A DNA stretch of 64,000 nucleotides, from assembly GCA_030836535.1 (NCBI GenBank), contig JAURPT010000127.1, positions 75-64,074 on the forward strand, in the 5' to 3' direction. The notes beneath the pieces are model-generated. The model was given only the letters and a program-made list of their open reading frames with translations. It was not told the DNA's origin and did no database searches. The position numbers and the translations under genes were made by a program. Of the stretch, positions 27,312 through 36,824 are shown piece by piece. How positions within the stretch are numbered: position 1 is the stretch's first letter; the number at the start of each line of letters is the position of its first letter. The DNA is from Alphaproteobacteria bacterium (GTDB taxonomy: Bacteria > Pseudomonadota > Alphaproteobacteria > SMXS01).

Positions 27312-28754
27312 ATGTTTGGTCAAAGAGCTGCGGGTGCAAAACCTGTACAATCCAAATTCGGCTCCCAGTCTAAAGAAGTCGCTAAACCTGCTGAAGACAA
27401 AGGCAAACAACTTGTCGATCCTTCGGATGCTGCTACAGCAGAACGTGACTCGGATGCGAACCAGGCCAAAGAACAATCAATCCAGGCGCATGCCAAGCGC
27501 AGGGAAGAGATACTTGCTGAAGTCGTAGAACGCATCGACGCCGGCGCGGCCGTCCAGATGTCCCGCGAAGAACTGGAAGGCGAATTGGCGACCATGGTCA
27601 ATGAGATCCTCATTGAAAAGAGGATCGTGCTCTCCCAACGCGAAACACAAGACGTCACCAAACGCCTCGTTGATGAAATGATCGGCTTTGGGCCGCTTGA
27701 GCCCTTGTTGGAAGACGAATCAGTCACCGACATCATGGTGAATGGCCCGTTCCAGGTCTATGTGGAACGACGCGGCAAACTGGTACTGTCAGATGTCCGT
27801 TTTCGCAATAACGCCCATGTTATGAACGTCGCCCAACGCATTGTAAGCCGGGTTGGCCGTCGAATAGATGAATCGGTACCTTTGGTCGATGCCCGCCTGC
27901 CCGACGGCAGCCGCGTCAATATCATCATTCCCCCTCTGGCACTGGATGGCCCATCTATATCCATTCGTAAGTTTGCCAAGCAGAAAATCACCTTGGATGT
28001 CATGGCTAGGCAGGAGAACATCTCCGAGCCGCTGGCCACAGTTCTAAAAATTGCTTCGGCCAGTCGGCTGAATATCCTGATTTCAGGCGGTACCGGCTCC
28101 GGTAAAACTACATTGCTGAATGCGCTTTCACGCATGATCGACCCCGGCGAGCGCATTGTTACCATTGAAGATGCCGCTGAGCTCCAGTTGCAGCAGCCCC
28201 ATGTGGTTCGTCTCGAAACACGCCCGCCAAATATCGAGGGCAAAGGTGAGATTACGATGCGAGATCTTGTAAAGAACTCGCTGCGTATGCGCCCGGATCG
28301 GATTATTCTCGGTGAAATCCGAAGTTCAGAGGCCATCGATATGCTGCAGGCCATGAACACGGGGCATGATGGCTCCTTGAGTACCATCCACGCCAATTCA
28401 CCCCGTGAAGCGCTGACCCGACTGGAAAACATGGTGTCCATGGGTGGGTTCAACCTGGCGGAACGTGCCCTGCGCACTCAGATTGTAAACGCCATCGACC
28501 TTGTTGTGCAGATCGCCCGTATGCGCGACGGCATCCGGCGCGTGACCCACGTGACAGAAGTTGTCGGTGTTGAAGGCGACGTTATCCTGGCGCAAGACCT
28601 GTTCACCTACGAATTCCAGGGTGAAACTGCCGAAGGTCGTCTGAATGGTCAGTTCCGCGGGTCCGGCCTGCGCCCCAACTTCCTGCCCAACGCCGCATAT
28701 TTCGGTCTGGACCGAACCCTCATGGCCGCTATTGGAGAAGAATACGATGAGTAG
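27312..28754 (+). CDS. cpaF: CpaF/TadA secretion ATPase (VirB11/PilB superfamily)
   Basis: Walker A is GGTGSGKTT. The Asp box, Walker B (RPDRIILGEIR) and the His box (GHDGSLSTIHAN) are present. Confidence 0.95.
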   Translation: MFGQRAAGAKPVQSKFGSQSKEVAKPAEDKGKQLVDPSDAATAERDSDANQAKEQSIQAHAKRREEILAEVVERIDAGAAVQMSREELEGELATMVNEILIEKRIVLSQRETQDVTKRLVDEMIGFGPLEPLLEDESVTDIMVNGPFQVYVERRGKLVLSDVRFRNNAHVMNVAQRIVSRVGRRIDESVPLVDARLPDGSRVNIIIPPLALDGPSISIRKFAKQKITLDVMARQENISEPLATVLKIASASRLNILISGGTGSGKTTLLNALSRMIDPGERIVTIEDAAELQLQQPHVVRLETRPPNIEGKGEITMRDLVKNSLRMRPDRIILGEIRSSEAIDMLQAMNTGHDGSLSTIHANSPREALTRLENMVSMGGFNLAERALRTQIVNAIDLVVQIARMRDGIRRVTHVTEVVGVEGDVILAQDLFTYEFQGETAEGRLNGQFRGSGLRPNFLPNAAYFGLDRTLMAAIGEEYDE

Positions 28755-29730
28755 CCTGGTCATCATTATTGTCCTGGTCTCAATTTTGTCGATTAGTACT
28801 ACCGCCATCTTCCTCATTTACGGCTCGCCCGAACAACGCCGCATGGAGCAGCGCCTAAAGCGCTTCACAGACCCGGCGGGCATACCGCAGGTGGCGAAGG
28901 GCCCGGCTCGCCAGTTGTCGGCTGCCAAAAGCAAGACGGTGTCTGTCTCATTCGACCAAAAAATACGTCAGTACCTACCCAATGCAGACCAGATGCGACT
29001 GCGCGTTGAACGCGCCGGTTTTGATGTCAACCTGTCCATCGTTTTTTTGGTGATTATTGGGCTTTCGCTGTTGTTTGGCTGGTTGGTGTCTATCCTGACA
29101 CCATTCTCAGGCCAGGTTTCGTTGTTTGTTGGTTTTGCGTTGGGTTTGCTGATGCCAACACTGATAATTTCAATGCGCGGTAAATCTCACATCAAGGAAT
29201 TCAACGACGCCTTGCCCGACTCTATTGATCTGATCGTACGAAATGTTCGTTCGGGCCTGCCTGTTGCTGAAGGCATTGAATCGGTCGCAACTAACCTGAC
29301 GGGTCCCATTTCCGACGAGTTCCGGAAGATTTCCGATCAGGTAAAAATTGGCATGCCTCTGGAAGATGCACTCGCCCGCTCGGTTCAGCGAGTTGGGGCA
29401 CCAGACTTCGCATTCCTGTCTATTGCGCTGGCAATTCAGAAAGAAACGGGTGGTAACCTTACCGAAACCCTGAATAACCTGTCCCGTCTGTTGCGACAAC
29501 GAAACCAGATGCAGCTCAAAATTCGAGCGCTGACATCAGAAGCGCGTTCTTCCGCAATAATCATTGGGGCACTGCCCTTCCTGGTCTTTGCGGTCCTCAT
29601 TGTTATCAACCCAAGCTATGTCAGCATTCTGATCGAAGATGAGACGGGAAGAATTGTCAGCGGCGTCGCCTTGGCAAGTATGGGTTTGGGGTATCTGATC
29701 ATGGCAAGAATGGTGAAGTTCCAGATATGA
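28747..29730 (+). CDS. tadB: TadB-type inner-membrane platform protein
   Basis: It has the T2SS-F-like domain (LPDSIDLIVRNVRSGLPVAEG) and transmembrane segments. ATG 28747 overlaps the cpaF stop. I trimmed the ORF-track start at 28645. Confidence 0.85.
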   Translation: MSSLVIIIVLVSILSISTTAIFLIYGSPEQRRMEQRLKRFTDPAGIPQVAKGPARQLSAAKSKTVSVSFDQKIRQYLPNADQMRLRVERAGFDVNLSIVFLVIIGLSLLFGWLVSILTPFSGQVSLFVGFALGLLMPTLIISMRGKSHIKEFNDALPDSIDLIVRNVRSGLPVAEGIESVATNLTGPISDEFRKISDQVKIGMPLEDALARSVQRVGAPDFAFLSIALAIQKETGGNLTETLNNLSRLLRQRNQMQLKIRALTSEARSSAIIIGALPFLVFAVLIVINPSYVSILIEDETGRIVSGVALASMGLGYLIMARMVKFQI

Positions 29731-30695
29731 CAAGCACAGCAGTATTTTTCGGCATGACCTGGGTAGAATTGATTCCGATTCTGGCTGGGCTGATGATGTT
29801 TGCCGTGGTGATGTTTGTCTGGATCAACGTCATTGAAAAAGATGATGTCTCCAAGCGAGCCAAAGCCGTCCGGGCACATGAACGGCAGGTATTATCCTCC
29901 CTACCCCAGGCAGAAAAAAAACAGCGCGTTTCCCTGCAGCGAGAAAACAGGCTGACGTCCTTAGTAAGCAAATTTCGCAGAAGGCGTACAGAGCAGACGG
30001 CCAATATCAGAAATTTACTAGCCTTGGCTGGCTTCCGGTCCAACGAGGCCATTGGCATCTATGTACTGGCCAAGTTTCTAGGGCCTGTCATCATCGTTTT
30101 GTTAGCCTTCATGCTCTATTATGCAACGCCAGCGCTACAGAATTTGTCACCACTATTGAAATTTTCCATGCTGGGCCTGGCCGCTTTTGTTGGCATAGCC
30201 CTGCCGGATTCAATCATCAATTTCATGGGTCGTAGCAGACAGGCCAAAATTCAAGGCGCTTTGCCAGATGCCCTCGACCTTATGGTTATCTGCACGGAAG
30301 CCGGCCTCGCGCTGGAACCAACATTTGAACGCGTGGCACAGGAAATGCTGAGCACCAATAAAGAGATTTCAGAAGAATTGAATCTGACGGCGGTCGAACT
30401 CAGCATTATGCCGGAACGCAGCGAAGCATTGAACAATCTGCTGCGGCGCACGGATGTACCCGCCATTGAATCCGTGGTGAGTACGTTGAATCAGACTGAA
30501 CGTTACGGTACGCCACTGGCGCAATCCTTCCGAGTTCTGTCGTCCGACTTTCGAGATGCACGGCTGCTTATGGCAGAAGAAAAAGCGGCAAAGCTACCCG
30601 CTACACTGACAGTACCCATGATCGGCTTTATTTTCCCATGCCTGTTTGCTGTGCTGCTCGGCCCAGCTGTCATTCAAACAATGGATACGCTCTAG
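29727..30695 (+). CDS. tadC: TadC-type inner-membrane platform protein
   Basis: It has the T2SS-F-like domain (LPDALDLMVICTEAGLALE). It overlaps tadB by 4 nt. Confidence 0.85.
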   Translation: MTSTAVFFGMTWVELIPILAGLMMFAVVMFVWINVIEKDDVSKRAKAVRAHERQVLSSLPQAEKKQRVSLQRENRLTSLVSKFRRRRTEQTANIRNLLALAGFRSNEAIGIYVLAKFLGPVIIVLLAFMLYYATPALQNLSPLLKFSMLGLAAFVGIALPDSIINFMGRSRQAKIQGALPDALDLMVICTEAGLALEPTFERVAQEMLSTNKEISEELNLTAVELSIMPERSEALNNLLRRTDVPAIESVVSTLNQTERYGTPLAQSFRVLSSDFRDARLLMAEEKAAKLPATLTVPMIGFIFPCLFAVLLGPAVIQTMDTL

Positions 30696-30715
30696 GTTCA
30701 CGCAGGATATACAAT

Positions 30716-30747
30716 AAAAAAAGGCGCCTCAATGGGCGCCTTTTTTG
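30716..30747. terminator. Bidirectional rho-independent terminator
   Basis: The sequence is aaaaaaaGGCGCCtcaatgGGCGCCtttttt. It lies between the convergent tadC and TPR-SPOR genes. Confidence 0.75.
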
Positions 30748-30764
30748 TTCATGCCGACCCACTG

Positions 30765-32633
30765 TCACTTGATGGTGTCGTTCCACAAAATGGAAACAGT
30801 CGTCTGCGCAGCGGTCATCACGCCGCAATCGGCCAACCCCTCCTCAAAGGACAGACACTTCACTTCAGCAACATTCTTGCTTGGTAATGGTCCGGCCAGA
30901 AGGCGCGTTGAAAAGGCCATTTCGTCATAATAGTGGCCCACGCCCTTTAGCACATTTTCGTACTTCACCTTCAGTGCCTGCCACTCCATGCGGGCAATTG
31001 CAGTCGTCTCATAGGTACCCAGATCAATCACCCACTCTTCAGCCGGTGTCAAAGATACAGCCTGTTTAATGGGGCGCAGATCAGGCCTTTCCAGCCGAGC
31101 CTGTCGTTCACCGGGGATAACCCGCAATGCGTTACCAAACGCATCCATCTCAACGTTCATGGCCGCCAATTCCACTTCAGCCAACCGCTGATATGCAGGC
31201 TTGGTCGGTTCTTGCGGCGCAGATGAACCACCAATCGGGGCAGCACCGAGACGCGGCACCAAAATATCATCATTCAGCTCATCAACGAACAAGTCAGCTG
31301 CCACGAGCTCTCTCTGTTCCTGGGTAATTTGACGTTCCGTCGTCGGGCGTTTCACCGGGGCAAGAACGACGGCTATGGATGGCTCAGCCTCGCTTTGCTG
31401 TCCTGCTATGTCTGCATCCCCAGTTTGTGCCGGTATAGCAGGCGCTCTTTCTTCCAAAACCGGCGTAGCCTCGACTGGCCCTTCAAGAGCTACAACGTCG
31501 ACAATCGTTATGTCCTCTGGCTTGTCATCATCTACCATGTCTGCTGGCGCATCCGACTGCAACACCCGAACGGGCAGTGCGGGCGCAGGTGCTTCAGCAA
31601 TCGGTGGCAAGGTAACAGATTCGGGCCCTGCCGGTTCGGACTCAGCCGGTTCAACAGGCACAAATTGTACGGTTACAGGCACCGCTTCTCTGCGGGCCAA
31701 CGCCGCCTCTGCAGCATTGGTGCGGACCGTTTCTATGATCGGCGTCTCTGCTGCGGCCGGTTCAACCACTTTCTCATTTGCGGCAACCGCTTCAACTGGT
31801 TGGGCTTCTGATGCTTCTGGCACCGCTGCATCACCATTATACTTGCGGCGCAACTCCTCATAGGCAGCCATATTCTGGGCCACTACCGAATCCTTCAGAT
31901 CAATTCTCGAAAGTGCAGCAGCTTTATTTTCCTGCCCTGTCAAACCGTAAAGCATGGCAAGGTTCTGGCGGTTCTGCATGGTGGACTGTCCGGCCAGATA
32001 GACGGTTTCAAGCAGGCCAATCGCCTTCTCAGCATTACCTGCCAAGGTGTAGGACAGTGCCAAATTGTTTTGCATGGCAATATCGAAAGGCTGCATTTCC
32101 TGGACACGCAGATATTGGTCCTGGGCTTCTTCGTGTCGGCCAAGCATATCCAACGCCACGCCTTTGCCATTCATGGCTTTGTAATTGCTCGGCTCCATGG
32201 CAATCGCCTGGTCAAATTGAGCCAATGCTTCATTTGGTTGTCCAACGCGGACCAGCGCACGCGCATAACCGCGACGCATGTCAGACGTATCCAAGCCGGC
32301 CTTGAGCGCAGCAGCATAATGCGCACGCGCGTTACGAACAGCACCAAGCTTAAGCAGCAACTCACCACGTCTTTGCCAAACTTCGGGGTCCTTGCTGCCT
32401 TGCGCTATCATGCGCCCATAAAATTCGACAGCGCGCGCATAATCACCTGTATCTTCGCTGGCTTTTGCCAGGCCTTGATAGAGGGCGGGATTATCCAGCG
32501 TCTTGATAGAGCTGGTATTAACAGCGCTTGTGCCACATGACGCCAACAATGTAGTTGCCATCAGGCAGCCAGCGGCCTTCAGCGCAAAGCGGCTTGCGCC
32601 ACTCTTCTGTTCATCTAGATGTGCAAGTGCCAT
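30765..32633 (-). CDS. TadD-like TPR lipoprotein with a long Pro/Ala/Glu-rich linker and a C-terminal SPOR-like domain
   Basis: The lipobox is TLLASC. Several TPR repeats span roughly aa 60-290. An acidic low-complexity linker of about 250 aa follows. The C-terminus WVIDLGTYETTAIARMEWQALK...LLAGPLPSKNVAEVKCLSFEEGLADCGV matches the SPOR pattern. The start is ATG 32633 with a GGTGAGG SD. Confidence 0.75.
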   Translation of the reverse strand: MALAHLDEQKSGASRFALKAAGCLMATTLLASCGTSAVNTSSIKTLDNPALYQGLAKASEDTGDYARAVEFYGRMIAQGSKDPEVWQRRGELLLKLGAVRNARAHYAAALKAGLDTSDMRRGYARALVRVGQPNEALAQFDQAIAMEPSNYKAMNGKGVALDMLGRHEEAQDQYLRVQEMQPFDIAMQNNLALSYTLAGNAEKAIGLLETVYLAGQSTMQNRQNLAMLYGLTGQENKAAALSRIDLKDSVVAQNMAAYEELRRKYNGDAAVPEASEAQPVEAVAANEKVVEPAAAETPIIETVRTNAAEAALARREAVPVTVQFVPVEPAESEPAGPESVTLPPIAEAPAPALPVRVLQSDAPADMVDDDKPEDITIVDVVALEGPVEATPVLEERAPAIPAQTGDADIAGQQSEAEPSIAVVLAPVKRPTTERQITQEQRELVAADLFVDELNDDILVPRLGAAPIGGSSAPQEPTKPAYQRLAEVELAAMNVEMDAFGNALRVIPGERQARLERPDLRPIKQAVSLTPAEEWVIDLGTYETTAIARMEWQALKVKYENVLKGVGHYYDEMAFSTRLLAGPLPSKNVAEVKCLSFEEGLADCGVMTAAQTTVSILWNDTIK

Positions 32634-32912
32634 ATCGACCTCACCAAACAAATTGCAGGGTCATCTTAGCACAGCCAATTTTCGCAGCATACGCACAACC
32701 CCATTGTTGTCGTAATGTACATCAAACCAATCTGCCTGTTAACTATATGTTATTTCGACAATATTTCAAAATCGAAAAAATTGTCGCGCCGATCACCAAT
32801 AGTTGACTATATTTTCACGCTAATAGCCTCTAATTGGGGGCAAAATACAGCTGATACCTACTCAAGTCGAATTGAAGCCTTCTCCGAACCAGGCAACAAA
32901 ACGGGATTAATC

Positions 32913-34343
32913 ATGAGTGTGAGCTCAAGTTTGCTTCAGAGATTTATACAGGATCGCCGCGGCAGCGTGGCTACCTACTCAGCCATTTTCTCCATTTTGG
33001 CCCTGTCTGCCGGCAGCATATCTGTCGACCTGGGGCGCCTGATAACGCTGAAAGCCCAGATGCAGCATCGCGCAGATGCTGGCGCAACCGCCGCAGCGGT
33101 GTACCTCGACGGCACAACCGGCGCCCGAGAGCGTGCGTCTGACGTTGCCAGATTTTCGTCTACCGACAGCTCCAACATCAGTCGCTCCACCGACCTGACC
33201 GTCGCCACAGTCACCTTTTACAGCGAGTATTCGCCAACAAAGATCGAAGCAACTGGTGATGATGATGCTTCCATAGTCGAAGTGCGGCTGGAACCCAAGC
33301 TGGTCGATTTCTTCTTCACCCCGTTCTTCGGCATGTTAATGGAAGCCGCTGATGTTGATGATAGCCAGTCGGTCAACGCGTGGGCGGTCGCCCAGGCAGA
33401 GCCCCTGATGTGCCATGCGCCCCCCCTCATGGCATGCGACCCTACCGAAGAAGGCGGCACGGACCTGATGGATTCTGACAATGCCGGCGTCATGATGATG
33501 CTCAAAGCTGGCCAGGGTAGCGGGCCGATGGTACCCGGCAATTTCGGCTCGTTGGAAACAGGGTATGGTGCTGGCGCAAACAATGTTGAACGCGCATTGG
33601 CTGATATTGAACCGCCGGGTTGCACATCTAACGACGTAACAACTGAACCAGGGAACATGGCCAACAAGGTACGCGACGGTATGAACGCCCGTTTCAACGG
33701 TTCAAGCTGGTCAGGCCGTGCGCCAAATGTGCAGGAATATCCAAGAGATTCAGTGTTCGAGGTAACTGGCAACGGGGCTGATGGCGCCAGCGACAGTCCC
33801 GGTAATTCCGCGAATGCTGGAAACTCAGGCACAGATGACGATACTTCTGATGACCCGGATACGGACGAATATGTCGGTGACGGTGACTGGGACCCCGAAG
33901 CCTATTGGGAAGGCGCCCATGACGGGGACAGCCTGCCTGACGCTCTGGCGGACGCCTCACGCTATCAGGTCTACCTCTATGAAGCCGGTGAAACATTTGA
34001 CCGGGATGGGAAAAAGACCATTTTCCCCGTCGATACTGACGTGCCGACAGGTTATACGCGGGTAGATCCGGTTGGCGATTACATTCCGGAAGATGGAGAG
34101 CCCGATGACACTGTGGCCTCCAACGGGGCTCTTAGACGCGTTGTGGAAGTTGCAATTCTTCAATGCATCGCGCTGGATGTTCGTGGTCGCGGCACATATT
34201 CGACGGACGGCAAATACATTGCGGCCTTCGTTACGGAACAGGCTGGAAACCCGCCAAATTCGACCATCTACGTTGAACTTATTGGCCGTATCACACCTTC
34301 GGGTTCAGAGAATTATCACGCGAATGCCCGGATTATTGAGTAA
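32913..34343 (+). CDS. TadG-like (Tad N-terminal domain) pseudopilin / pilus-associated protein, paralogue 1
   Basis: The N-terminus DRRGSVATYSAIFSILALSAGSISVDLGRL is typical of TadE/G-like proteins. It is colinear with the next gene. I trimmed the ORF-track start at 32715 to ATG 32913, so the start is uncertain. Confidence 0.75.
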   Translation: MSVSSSLLQRFIQDRRGSVATYSAIFSILALSAGSISVDLGRLITLKAQMQHRADAGATAAAVYLDGTTGARERASDVARFSSTDSSNISRSTDLTVATVTFYSEYSPTKIEATGDDDASIVEVRLEPKLVDFFFTPFFGMLMEAADVDDSQSVNAWAVAQAEPLMCHAPPLMACDPTEEGGTDLMDSDNAGVMMMLKAGQGSGPMVPGNFGSLETGYGAGANNVERALADIEPPGCTSNDVTTEPGNMANKVRDGMNARFNGSSWSGRAPNVQEYPRDSVFEVTGNGADGASDSPGNSANAGNSGTDDDTSDDPDTDEYVGDGDWDPEAYWEGAHDGDSLPDALADASRYQVYLYEAGETFDRDGKKTIFPVDTDVPTGYTRVDPVGDYIPEDGEPDDTVASNGALRRVVEVAILQCIALDVRGRGTYSTDGKYIAAFVTEQAGNPPNSTIYVELIGRITPSGSENYHANARIIE

Positions 34344-34455
34344 CAAATTGAGTCCCAGTTAGTACTTCCGGCAAATATTCGAATTTTATCAATTATTTCA
34401 GCAAATTAAATTATTTGCCATTTATTCACCGGCAACAAATATTAGCGGGTGAACT

Positions 34456-35850
34456 ATGTCTGTATCACCTTTTATGAGTTGTCGCGTGAAGCAGAAAACG
34501 AAACATATACAAGCGCTTACGTGGCGTTGGTATCGAGATAAGTCAGGCGGTGTGGCGGTCTATGCCGCCATTTTCAGCATGCTTGCGCTTTCCGCCGGGT
34601 CAGTTTCTGTAGACTTGGGTCGGCTTATTACGCTTAAAAGCCAGCTGCAGCACCGCGCAGATGCTGGTGCCCTTGCTGGGGCCGTTCAGCTCGATGGGAC
34701 TGATGGGTCGATGGAGCGCGCCCGCGATGTAGCCATGAATGGCACAACAGATGAATCCAACATCAGCCGGACAACAGGCGAACTGGCTGTGGGTGCGGTC
34801 AACTTCTACAGTGACTACGAAACGCGTACAGTGGCCGCAGTCGACAGAGATGCCCGGGTCATCGAAGTAACCATGACTCCGCAACTGGTCGACTTCTTCT
34901 TTACGCCCTTCCTCGACATGCTGTTGGAAGCAGTCGCAGAAGATTCCATGTCTGTAACGGCCTCCTCTGTTGCCCAATATGCGCCCCTTATGTGTAATGC
35001 GCCGCCACTGATGGTTTGCGACCTGACCGAAACTGGCGGTGAAGACGTCATGTCTACAGCCAATTCGGGTCGGCAGATTTTGGCGAAAGCGCCACAGGGT
35101 GGCAGTACTTCCTGGGTGCCCGGTAATTTCGGCCTGTTGGAATCGGGCTACGGCTCTGGTGCCAACAATTTGGAGCGCTCGCTGGCTGACATTGAACCGC
35201 CTGGGTGTGACACAACAGTGATCACCACCGAACCAGGCACCATGGCCAACCGGGTCCAGAATGGCGTAAATGCCCGGTTTAATGATTCGCCATACCTGAC
35301 GCCGGCACCCAATGTGATTAGCTACCCGCGCGATACAGAATTTCAAGACTTCGAAAGCAATGACGTAGGCGGCGAACGGCTCGGCGACGGCAATTGGGAC
35401 CCCGAGGAATATTGGTCAGACAACCATTTTGGGGCAGAACTCCCAGTCGATCTGGAAAATGCCACCCGCTTCCAAGTCTATCTGTATGAGTTGGGGGAGG
35501 AATACGCCAAAGATGGTAACCACACCCTTTACCCCATTCCCGATGAAGTGCCGGATGGTTACACAACAGTGAATCCCCCATCTGAAGATATGCCGCTTTC
35601 CGGCGAGCCAGACTTCATTCCCGCCTCCAACGGTGCCCTGCGCCGGGTGATGCAGGTCGCGGTCCTCAGATGTGTTGAAGACGATGTAAAAGGCCGTGGT
35701 GACTATCCAACCGATGGCAACTATATTGAAGTCTTCATCACTGAACCTGTTGGAGACCCACCAGATACGGCGATCTTTGGAGAAATCATCGGCCCGATCT
35801 ACCCTGACGCAGAAGAAATGTTTCACCGCGATGCTCAGCTTCTTGACTAA
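34456..35850 (+). CDS. TadG-like pseudopilin / pilus-associated protein, paralogue 2
   Basis: The N-terminus is GGVAVYAAIFSMLALSAGSVSVDLGRLITLKSQLQHRADAGA. It shares the Cys-containing blocks PLMC.APPLM.CD and IEPPGC with paralogue 1. Confidence 0.75.
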   Translation: MSVSPFMSCRVKQKTKHIQALTWRWYRDKSGGVAVYAAIFSMLALSAGSVSVDLGRLITLKSQLQHRADAGALAGAVQLDGTDGSMERARDVAMNGTTDESNISRTTGELAVGAVNFYSDYETRTVAAVDRDARVIEVTMTPQLVDFFFTPFLDMLLEAVAEDSMSVTASSVAQYAPLMCNAPPLMVCDLTETGGEDVMSTANSGRQILAKAPQGGSTSWVPGNFGLLESGYGSGANNLERSLADIEPPGCDTTVITTEPGTMANRVQNGVNARFNDSPYLTPAPNVISYPRDTEFQDFESNDVGGERLGDGNWDPEEYWSDNHFGAELPVDLENATRFQVYLYELGEEYAKDGNHTLYPIPDEVPDGYTTVNPPSEDMPLSGEPDFIPASNGALRRVMQVAVLRCVEDDVKGRGDYPTDGNYIEVFITEPVGDPPDTAIFGEIIGPIYPDAEEMFHRDAQLLD

Positions 35851-36295
35851 CATATGGCGCAACAAGCGCGGCAATGCTGCCATTGAGATGGCCTTGATCA
35901 TGCCGATCCTGACCATGATCCTGGCTGGCATTACCGAACTAGGCTACGTTTTCTATCAGGCCTCGGCCCTGGAACGGGGACTGCGCACAGGCGCAACCTA
36001 TGCATCTCGCGCTGAATTGCCGCTGACAGCTGATGTACGTACAACAACGGCCAACCTGGTGCGAACTGCCAGCATGGAAGGCACATTGGCCATGACAGCT
36101 GAAAACTGGGAAGAGGACGGTGCGGAACTGGATATCACCGTCGTAGACCGGGACGTCGGCAGCGTAACCATCTCAGTTATTCGGCTTGAAGCGCGCGTGC
36201 CCTTCTCCCCCCTCGTGGATGCCCTGTGGGACCTTGTTGGCATCGAAACAGAATTTATAGAGGTTAGCCATGAACAGGCTTCCATTGCGCTTTAA
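35831..36295 (+). CDS. tadE: TadE-like pseudopilin
   Basis: The N-terminus RNKRGNAAIEMALIMPILTMILAGITE matches the TadE family. ATG 35831 overlaps the end of the preceding gene. I trimmed the ORF-track start at 35696. Confidence 0.75.
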   Translation: MLSFLTNIWRNKRGNAAIEMALIMPILTMILAGITELGYVFYQASALERGLRTGATYASRAELPLTADVRTTTANLVRTASMEGTLAMTAENWEEDGAELDITVVDRDVGSVTISVIRLEARVPFSPLVDALWDLVGIETEFIEVSHEQASIAL

Positions 36296-36824
36296 GGCGC
36301 AAATACAGCGTCTGTGGAAAGACCAGCAGGGTGAAGCCGCGGTTTCCTTTGCCCTTGTCCTGCCTGTCCTTCTTCTGCTCTCCTGCGGTATTTTGGAATT
36401 TGCTGTTGCTATGATGGATCGACAGCAGGCCTCTGAAAGCCTGCGGCTGTTTTCCCGCGCCGTTGCGATTTCCATTACCACAGACGACTTGTCTGGTATC
36501 GACCAGGATGGCCCAACCAGCTGCACCTACGCTGACGCCAACGTGACATGCTCTAACGGCACCAGCATTTCCAACTGGGAGAAACTGCGTGAAGGCTTTC
36601 AGCGTGCGCAGGAAGTTTTCCCGCGCTTGGAGGCCGGCAATATTGTTCTGGTGTTTGAGCCAACAGACCTGGCCCCAGCTGATGCCGACCTCGGCACCAT
36701 GGCCTTGGTGACCGTGCAGTTTGAAGACCTTGACTACGAAGCCAAGGTTCTACCGCTTTACGATGAAGTAATCGAAACTATTCTGTTCCCGACTATTTCC
36801 AATAGTCTAGTGGTAGGTGGTTAG
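36270..36824 (+). CDS. TadE/TadF-like pseudopilin
   Basis: The N-terminus is DQQGEAAVSFALVLPVLLLLSCGILEF. It overlaps the preceding tadE-like gene. Confidence 0.7.
   Translation: MNRLPLRFKAQIQRLWKDQQGEAAVSFALVLPVLLLLSCGILEFAVAMMDRQQASESLRLFSRAVAISITTDDLSGIDQDGPTSCTYADANVTCSNGTSISNWEKLREGFQRAQEVFPRLEAGNIVLVFEPTDLAPADADLGTMALVTVQFEDLDYEAKVLPLYDEVIETILFPTISNSLVVGG

Noticed and set aside
31300-31900. Apparent repetitiveness in the DNA encoding the Pro/Ala/Glu-rich linker of the TPR-SPOR protein, considered as a possible tandem repeat or contingency locus
   Set aside because: I could not find exact or near-exact DNA repeat units. It looks like compositional low complexity in a coding linker rather than a repeat array.
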